16,363 bases of DNA, taken from assembly GCA_039802265.1 (NCBI GenBank), contig JBDRWI010000051.1, positions 1-16,363 of the forward strand, in the 5' to 3' direction. The position numbers and the translations under genes are program-made. The notes beneath the pieces are model-generated. The model saw only the letters and a program-made list of their open reading frames with translations. It ran no database searches and was not told where the DNA came from. Positions within the stretch are counted from its first letter, which is position 1. The number at the start of each line of letters is the position of its first letter. Positions 7,708 through 14,074 of the stretch are shown piece by piece. This DNA comes from a candidate division WOR-3 bacterium (GTDB taxonomy: Bacteria > Hydrothermota > Tepidihabitantia > SM23-42 > JAOAFX01).

Positions 7708-9111
7708 TAACTCATCAAATACAATTAACTTTTCTTCGGTCATCTCTCTTATTGCAAAATCCGGACCTTCTCTTCCAATACCACTCTTCTTCGTCCCGCC
7801 GTAGGGCATATTATCAACCCGGAAGGTTGGTATTTCGTTTATCAAGACCCCGCCAGCCTCAATATCCCTGGCGCAGCGTAAGGCAAGATTTATATCGCGG
7901 GTAAAAATTCCTGCCTGCAGTCCATACTTTGTATTGTTTACCTTATCAATCACCTCCTGAGCCGTCTTAAATCTATTTACCGCAACCATTGGCGCGAATG
8001 CCTCCTCTCTTATGACCATTGCCCCTTCATCGACATCAAAGATGATTGTGGGAAGAAATATCGTTCCCTGCCTTGAGCCACCGAGTATCAAGATTCCCTT
8101 ATGTTGCTTTGCATCCTCAATGAAAATTTCTGCCTTTTTCAGTGCAGATTCATCAATCATCGGCCCCATCTCGGTATCTTCCGAGAGCGGGTCTCCATAT
8201 TTTATCTGACCGACCTCAAGAGATAATTCCCTTAAGAATTCATCAATAACTTCTTCCTCAACATAGACTCGCTGAATAGAAATACAGACCTGACCAGCAA
8301 GGGTATAACCACCCTTACGAATCTTCCGGGCAACAATTTTAAGTGGTGCGTCTTTGAATACAACCACTGCTGAATTTGAACCAAGTTCCATCGTTACCCG
8401 CTTCATTCCACAATTTGCCATTATTGCTTCACCAACTTCTAATGAGCCAGTAAAACTAATCTTTCTGATTTCCGCTGCCTTCACTAATGCCATTCCAATT
8501 GTACTACCCGAACCTACAAGAACCGAAATTCCTTCGGGAGGAAGCCCGGCTTCAATCAAGGCTTCAGCAAGTAAGAGTGCAGAAAGGGGGGTCTTTGTTG
8601 CGGGCTTGTGGATTACCGAATTACCTGCCGCAATCGCAGGACCGATCTTGTGGCAACTAAGGTTTAAGGGAAAATTGAAGGGCGAGATTGCGGCAACAAT
8701 TCCAAGGGGAACCCGAATGTAGAAACCCATCTTTCGGGAAGGTCCACCAAGGTCAAAACGGACTGTCTCACCACCCAGCCTCTGAGCGGCAATACTGGAG
8801 AGTCTCAGGGTATTTATTGCCCGGTCCACCTCGGTCCTTGCCTCATTTATTGTCTTACCAACCTCAAGGGCAATCGTGCGGCTGAATCTTTCTTTTTTTT
8901 CGGAAATAATCTCGGCGGTTTTATAAAGAATCCTTGCTCGCTCACCCGCGGGCATCTCTTTGAGAATCTTAAATCCCTTCTTGGCAATCTCTACTGCCTG
9001 TGCTAAATCTCGCTCGTCACTCAACCCAACCTCTTCAATAACCTGATTATTATAGGGATTAATCACACTGATGACCTTATCCCTTATTATGCGTTTACCC
9101 TGGATGAACAT
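7699..9111 (-). CDS. NAD(P)-dependent aldehyde dehydrogenase
   Basis: ISPFNFP, KPATKTP, FTGSLEVG, MELGSNS (catalytic Glu), AGQVCIS (catalytic Cys), EEAFAP, YGLQAGIFT, MPYGGTKKSGIGREG. Substrate cannot be assigned. Confidence 0.95.
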   Translation of the reverse strand: MFIQGKRIIRDKVISVINPYNNQVIEEVGLSDERDLAQAVEIAKKGFKILKEMPAGERARILYKTAEIISEKKERFSRTIALEVGKTINEARTEVDRAINTLRLSSIAAQRLGGETVRFDLGGPSRKMGFYIRVPLGIVAAISPFNFPLNLSCHKIGPAIAAGNSVIHKPATKTPLSALLLAEALIEAGLPPEGISVLVGSGSTIGMALVKAAEIRKISFTGSLEVGEAIMANCGMKRVTMELGSNSAVVVFKDAPLKIVARKIRKGGYTLAGQVCISIQRVYVEEEVIDEFLRELSLEVGQIKYGDPLSEDTEMGPMIDESALKKAEIFIEDAKQHKGILILGGSRQGTIFLPTIIFDVDEGAMVIREEAFAPMVAVNRFKTAQEVIDKVNNTKYGLQAGIFTRDINLALRCARDIEAGGVLINEIPTFRVDNMPYGGTKKSGIGREGPDFAIREMTEEKLIVFDELLT

Positions 9112-9117
9112 AGGTCA

Positions 9118-9145
9118 ATTATATCTAAAAAAAAGGAAGTGTAAA
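9118..9145 (-). promoter_or_regulatory. sigma70-like promoter TTTACA-N16-TATAAT; probably leaderless
   Basis: Minus strand TTTACA 9145-9140 and TATAAT 9123-9118, then TGACCT (6 nt) and ATG 9111. No SD. Confidence 0.75.
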
Positions 9146-9215
9146 TAATGAACATAATCCTCTACAACAAGATATATGGGGATAAGCTTGATGGTATTTT
9201 GAAGTTATGCACCAT

Positions 9216-9599
9216 TTATTTCTTTCTTGTCTTTACCTCCACAATGGTTTTGATTCCGCCCCGTGGGTTAAATTCACCGCGTACCACTGCCCAGCGTGGT
9301 TTTACTGCAGATACAAAATCCTTGAAGATTCTATTTACGGCATTTTCATAAAAAATTCCTAAATTTCTATAAGCAAGGATATACATCTTGAGTGACTTCA
9401 ATTCAACAAAATATTTATTTGGTTCATATTCAATTGTTATTGTCCCGGTATCCGGGAGACCGGTCTTGGGGCAGACTGAAGTATATTCCGGAATGATAAT
9501 GGTAATCTTGTAGTTTTTGAACTGATTGGGAAGAACCTCCAATTTAGGGAGTTTCTCTCTCAGACCGGCAAGGGAATGTTTGTTGCTATATTCCTTCAT
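9216..9599 (-). CDS. queF: NADPH-dependent 7-cyano-7-deazaguanine reductase (preQ1 synthase), unimodular type
   Basis: PEYTSVCPKTGLPD (catalytic Cys43/Asp50), QueF motif ELKSLKMY, GIFYE, FNPRGGI. Confidence 0.92.
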   Translation of the reverse strand: MKEYSNKHSLAGLREKLPKLEVLPNQFKNYKITIIIPEYTSVCPKTGLPDTGTITIEYEPNKYFVELKSLKMYILAYRNLGIFYENAVNRIFKDFVSAVKPRWAVVRGEFNPRGGIKTIVEVKTRKK

Positions 9600-9601
9600 T
9601 A

Positions 9602-11755
9602 CTATTTAAATTCAAACCCCTTTTTAAATACGGTCAGGCAGGCATCAACTACAAGTGAGTCAAGTGTTTTTCCCTTCTGTTCCGCAAGGTAATTTAAGAC
9701 GGTTGGAACGGCAATGGGAGCCCGATAGGGTCGGTGCGCACTCATTGCCTCTACTATATCCGCAACTGCAAGGATTTTTGCCTCAAGGAGAATCTCCTCG
9801 CCCTTAAGTCCTGAGGGATAGCCGGAGCCGTCTATGCGCTCGTGGTGCTGGAGCACAATCTGGGCAACGGGCCAGGGAAATTCAATGTTCTTCAGGATTT
9901 CATATCCAGCATGGGGGTGTTCTTTTATCAGCGCCATCTCTATATCACTTAGTTTTATCGGTTTATTCAGGATCTCGCTTGCCACCTGAATCTTACCCAA
10001 ATCATGAACAATACCCGCAACCCTTAACCCTTCAATGCGTTCATCAGGTAGCCCCATCTCCTTGGCAATTGCAATGGCAAGTTGGGTAACCCGCTGCTGG
10101 TGGCCCGCGGTGTAAGGGTCTTTTATCTTTGTCGTTGAAGAAAGGGCATTTACCGTGCCATCAAGGATTAACCGCAATTTCTGATAACTCTCTTCAAGTT
10201 TTTTTTGAGCGAGTTTCCTTTCGGTAATATCTTCGATCATTCCATCGTAGTACTGGATATTGCCCTCTTTATTCTTTACCGCCACCGCCGAGACCGAGGC
10301 ATAAAAGACAGAGCCGTCTTTTCTCTTGAGTGGTAATTCCAGATTTTTTACGAAACCATCCCTTCTCATCTTTTCATTGAATCGGTCACGGTCATCAGGG
10401 TTGAGATATAAATCAATTGCCTTCAAATTCTGAATATCCTCTTTTTTATCATAACCGAATATCTTCAGCATCGCCGGATTTACTTCAATGAAATCGCCAT
10501 CAAGCCCACTATTTCTATAAATTCCTACATTTAAATTTTCGGTAAGGGTTTTATATTTTGTTTCACTCTCCTTCAGTGCCTCAAATGTCCGGATATAATT
10601 GGTTATGTCGGTGATAATACCAAGGATCGCCTGTTCACCCTTATAGTCAATTAACTTGGTTGTAATAATTGCCCTTAATCTTTTTCCATCTTTAGATATC
10701 AACTCATATTCGTAAGGGGGAATATCTTTTCCTTCAAGATGCCGGGCAAAATTCTGTTTTACTAAATCGTGATACTGGGGGGAGATCAATACAAGAAAGT
10801 CAAAATTTTCTGCATAGAACTCTTCCTTTTTATAGCCCAGCAGCTCCTCACATCTTTTATTGGCATATACTACTCTACCTTTGTGATTTATAAAGATCAT
10901 ATTTGGTGAATACTCGGCAAGATTGCGAAAAGTCTCTTCGGATTCCCTGATTGATCTTTCAAAACTTTTAATATCGGTAATATCCTGGGTAATTATCTGA
11001 AAGCCCAAGATGCCCTCTTTACCTAAAATTGCTGACCCATTTACCCGAATCCATTTTTTGGTGCCATCTTTTCTCATAAACTCTATTTCATCATCTTCAA
11101 GTTCTTTGGTTTCTTGCATCATTTTAAATTTTTCTAAAATTTGGGGGATTTCATCTGGTTTAATTGTGGGCAGGTCTGTAATCTTACTTCCAATCAATTC
11201 ATTCTTTGAATAACCAGTAAGTGCTACAGTTGCGTCATTACATTCAATTATCACCCCATTACTATCCAAGATTGTAATTGCCATAGGTGACTTTTCAAAC
11301 AACTTTCTGTAGCGTTGCTCACTCTCCCTGAGTATTTCTTCAATGGTCTTGGACTCGGTAATATCAATTGCCATTTCATAGCGAACGAACCTGCCATCTG
11401 ACCATCTTATTGCACGATCAATACATCGGTACCAGCGCTTATTCAGGCGATTCTGGAATTCCCAGATATAGGTCTTACCAAGATTCTTACCGAAAATCTG
11501 TTCGTTTGAACAGAATGGGCAGGGTTCGGTCATCCCCTGGAAGACCCGGTAGCACTTTCTACCAATTATACTACTCTTTGATTTCTTCAGGGATTTACAA
11601 AGCGCGGCGTTGACATAAAGAATTTCATAACTTTCCGGGTCGGTTACATAAATTACCTCATCAATACTATCAAAGATTGAGACGAGTTCATTATATAGCT
11701 TATCAATTTTAGACTTTTTTCGTTTTATTCTTTTATTCAAACGAATGCTCCGCAT
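9602..11755 (-). CDS. Multi-PAS (four PAS/PAC) HD-GYP cyclic di-GMP phosphodiesterase
   Basis: Four PAS segments ending DITE/DITD/DITN/DITERK, then KDPYTAGHQQRV, HDLGK, HHERIDGSGYP, AVADIVEAM..HRPYR. The start may instead be TTG 11740, which has GGAG 7 nt upstream. Confidence 0.93.
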   Translation of the reverse strand: MRSIRLNKRIKRKKSKIDKLYNELVSIFDSIDEVIYVTDPESYEILYVNAALCKSLKKSKSSIIGRKCYRVFQGMTEPCPFCSNEQIFGKNLGKTYIWEFQNRLNKRWYRCIDRAIRWSDGRFVRYEMAIDITESKTIEEILRESEQRYRKLFEKSPMAITILDSNGVIIECNDATVALTGYSKNELIGSKITDLPTIKPDEIPQILEKFKMMQETKELEDDEIEFMRKDGTKKWIRVNGSAILGKEGILGFQIITQDITDIKSFERSIRESEETFRNLAEYSPNMIFINHKGRVVYANKRCEELLGYKKEEFYAENFDFLVLISPQYHDLVKQNFARHLEGKDIPPYEYELISKDGKRLRAIITTKLIDYKGEQAILGIITDITNYIRTFEALKESETKYKTLTENLNVGIYRNSGLDGDFIEVNPAMLKIFGYDKKEDIQNLKAIDLYLNPDDRDRFNEKMRRDGFVKNLELPLKRKDGSVFYASVSAVAVKNKEGNIQYYDGMIEDITERKLAQKKLEESYQKLRLILDGTVNALSSTTKIKDPYTAGHQQRVTQLAIAIAKEMGLPDERIEGLRVAGIVHDLGKIQVASEILNKPIKLSDIEMALIKEHPHAGYEILKNIEFPWPVAQIVLQHHERIDGSGYPSGLKGEEILLEAKILAVADIVEAMSAHRPYRAPIAVPTVLNYLAEQKGKTLDSLVVDACLTVFKKGFEFK

Positions 11756-12524
11756 CGGGGAAGACTCCTGATTTTACTTCTGTTATATAATTTAATACTG
11801 CATCCTTCATTATCTTTCCGATGCTTGCATAGCGCTTGACGAATCTTGGTTTGAATTCTTCGTAGATTCCAAGCATATCATGAAGAACCAAAATTTGACC
11901 GTCACAATAGGGACCAGCACCAATCCCGATGGTTGGAATCTCAAGGGATTTGGTAATCCTTCGGGCAAGTCCCATCGGCACTTTTTCAAGGACGATGGCA
12001 AAACAGCCCGCCGATTCAAGTCTTTTGGCATCGGCTAAAATCTCCCTTGCCTCCTTTTTTGACCTACCCCGGAGTTTATAACCACCGAATTTATGGATTG
12101 ACTGCGGCGTCAATCCAAGATGTCCCATTACCGGAATTCCTACCTGTATGCATCTTTCAATCTTTTTCAGGGTCGGTCCTCCACCTTCCATCTTAACCCC
12201 GGCGGCGCCAACCTTCAAGAATCTACCCGCATTAACGACTGCATCATCCACCCTACCCTGATAGGAAAGAAAAGGCATATCGGCAATTACGAGTCCATTC
12301 TTTACGGCCCTTGCTACAATTCTGGTATGGTAAAGCATCTCCTCCAGGGTTATGGGAAGGGTATTCTTTTCACCGCCAATGACATTGGCTGCGGAATCAC
12401 CGACCAGAATTATCTCTATTCCTGCTTCATCCAGAATCCTTGCAGTTGGATAGTCATAGGCCGTAAGACAGGCAATCTTTTCTTTCTTCTTTTTCATTCC
12501 AACGATTGTATCTATAGTAATCAT
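11733..12524 (-). CDS. panB: 3-methyl-2-oxobutanoate hydroxymethyltransferase
   Basis: LTAYDY, ILVGDS, ADMPFLSY, VKMEGG, MGHLGLTPQS, PTIGIGAG..CDGQILVLHDMLG, FVKRYA. Confidence 0.97.
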   Translation of the reverse strand: MITIDTIVGMKKKKEKIACLTAYDYPTARILDEAGIEIILVGDSAANVIGGEKNTLPITLEEMLYHTRIVARAVKNGLVIADMPFLSYQGRVDDAVVNAGRFLKVGAAGVKMEGGGPTLKKIERCIQVGIPVMGHLGLTPQSIHKFGGYKLRGRSKKEAREILADAKRLESAGCFAIVLEKVPMGLARRITKSLEIPTIGIGAGPYCDGQILVLHDMLGIYEEFKPRFVKRYASIGKIMKDAVLNYITEVKSGVFPDAEHSFE

Positions 12525-13153
12525 TCCTTTGAGATAATCTTTCTTGGGACACGCATTCTGATGATTTCCTGATAGACCAGTTCAATATCCGCTGGATTTG
12601 TCAGAAAGTCAAAGTTTTTGATATTTATAATCAAGAGGGACGATGAGTTATAGTGAATAAAGAATGAATTGTAGGCATTGCATAGGCGTTCAAGATATTC
12701 GTATTCAATCTCTCTTTCAAAACTCCGGTTGCGCTGTTTAATTCTTTTGTATAGAATATCGGGTGGAGATTGGAGATATATCACAATATCTGGATGGGGT
12801 ATTTCTTTCTCAACGAGTAGGTAAATCTTTTCATAGAGGGAGAATTCCTCTTCGCTTAAGTTCACCTCGGCAAAGATTCGGTCCTTGGCAAATAGATAGT
12901 CACTGACAATTCGGGAATGGAAGAGGTCCATCTGGGCAATCTTTCGCTGCTGGCGATATCTTGAAAGGAGAAAGTATATCTGGGTATGGAATGCATACTG
13001 CCGGGGATTGGCATAGAATTTTGAAAGGAATGGATTATCTTCAAACTCTTCAAGAATAAGTCCAGCATGGAGCTTATTTGCCAGTTCCTGAGCCAGGGTA
13101 GTCTTTCCAGCGCCGATCACACCCTCAACAGCAATAAATCTCAACTCCCTCAT
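12521..13153 (-). CDS. Deoxynucleoside kinase (dCK/dGK family)
   Basis: P-loop EGVIGAGKTT, NPFL..FY, QIYFLLSR, KDRIFA, PDIVIYLQ, RIKQRNRSFE. Start set at ATG 13153 (GAGGT 5 nt upstream); the ORF track gives 13165. ATGA overlap with panB. Confidence 0.92.
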   Translation of the reverse strand: MRELRFIAVEGVIGAGKTTLAQELANKLHAGLILEEFEDNPFLSKFYANPRQYAFHTQIYFLLSRYRQQRKIAQMDLFHSRIVSDYLFAKDRIFAEVNLSEEEFSLYEKIYLLVEKEIPHPDIVIYLQSPPDILYKRIKQRNRSFEREIEYEYLERLCNAYNSFFIHYNSSSLLIINIKNFDFLTNPADIELVYQEIIRMRVPRKIISKE

Positions 13154-13607
13154 CGGTAACCTCATTTAATAACTCTTTAATCTTTTTATTGGAATTCGGA
13201 GGTATGAAATCCGGGGCGATTTCCGCTAATGGGATGATGGCAAAGGGGCGATTGAAAAATTGAGGGTGTGGGATTTCAAGACCGGATTTTTTGATCTTAC
13301 GTTTTCCATAAAATAGAATGTCAATATCAATTATCCGTGGTCCCCACCTTTTTGTGGGGACTCGTTTCATCTTTATTTCAATCTCTTTTATTCTTTTCAG
13401 AAGTTCCTCGGGTGTGAATGGTGATTCTGCCTCAACTGCCATATTTAAAAAATCGGGCTGGTCAGTCTTCCCCCAGGGTTTTGTCTTGTAGAACTTTGAT
13501 TTTTTGTGGACTTTGATATTATTTTTTTTCAACTCCTCAAGGGCACGCAGCAGATTTCTTTTCAAATTTCCAAGGTTGGTCCCTAAGAGGAGATAGACCC
13601 TTTCCAT
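13125..13607 (-). CDS. folK: 2-amino-4-hydroxy-6-hydroxymethyldihydropteridine diphosphokinase (HPPK)
   Basis: VYLLLGTNLG, YKTKPWG..DQPDFLN, IEIKMKR...WGPRIIDIDILFY, IPHP...RPF..IPLAEIAP. Start set at ATG 13607 because TTG 13616 overlaps the -10 box. Confidence 0.96.
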   Translation of the reverse strand: MERVYLLLGTNLGNLKRNLLRALEELKKNNIKVHKKSKFYKTKPWGKTDQPDFLNMAVEAESPFTPEELLKRIKEIEIKMKRVPTKRWGPRIIDIDILFYGKRKIKKSGLEIPHPQFFNRPFAIIPLAEIAPDFIPPNSNKKIKELLNEVTDEGVEIYCC

Positions 13608-13615
13608 TTCTTTCA

Positions 13616-13643
13616 ATTCTATCCGAAATATTTAATTTGTCAA
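13616..13643 (-). promoter_or_regulatory. sigma70-like promoter TTGACA-N16-TAGAAT for the folK operon; leaderless or near-leaderless
   Basis: Minus strand TTGACA 13643-13638 and TAGAAT 13621-13616, then 8 nt to ATG 13607. No SD. Confidence 0.75.
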
Positions 13644-13686
13644 CTATACGGTTCAAGTCAAAATAATCTTACCCAATACTTGGAAA

Positions 13687-13729
13687 CATGGGCACCCCGG
13701 ATATATTCTATCCGGAGGAAGTGCCCATG
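13687..13729. repeat. GC-rich inverted repeat (hairpin) in the divergent intergenic region
   Basis: catgggcac (13687-13695) pairs with gtgcccatg (13721-13729), and ccggata (13697-13703) with tatccgg (13709-13715). 5-nt loop and an aggaa bulge. Confidence 0.8.
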
Positions 13730-14041
13730 ATATTCAAATATTCCAGAAGAGGTATACACAATTGCAGCTAAAAGGATAGTAGTTAAAGCAAATGCCATGC
13801 TTTATTGCCAGGCATAAAAAGGGAGAAAAACAGAGAAAGAGATTCATGAAAGACGCACTGAAAAGGTTTACAGACCTATAACTTTGATACGCCTTAGTTA
13901 GAAAAGAAACTTGACAGAGTGCATAAGAATAAATATCATAGACTATGGGATGATGAAGATGATTAGATTTGTTCTTTTTATCCCTGAGAATCTCAATTTA
14001 AATTTGGATAAGAACTTATTTAGATGAAAGGCGTTCGGTGG

Positions 14042-14069
14042 TTGACATGGTTTAAAAAATAGTTAAAAT
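14042..14069 (+). promoter_or_regulatory. sigma70-like promoter TTGACA-N16-TAAAAT; probably leaderless
   Basis: TTGACA 14042-14047 and TAAAAT 14064-14069, then 5 nt to ATG 14075. Confidence 0.75.
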
Positions 14070-14074
14070 AGGTT

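Noticed and set aside
9600..9640. preQ1 riboswitch upstream of queF
   Set aside because: Only 2 nt separate the HD-GYP stop from the queF ATG, and no preQ1 motif is visible.
13787..13802. sigma54-like -24/-12 site on the minus strand (AAGCATGGCATTTGCT)
   Set aside because: The invariant GG at -24 is AG, so it cannot be supported.
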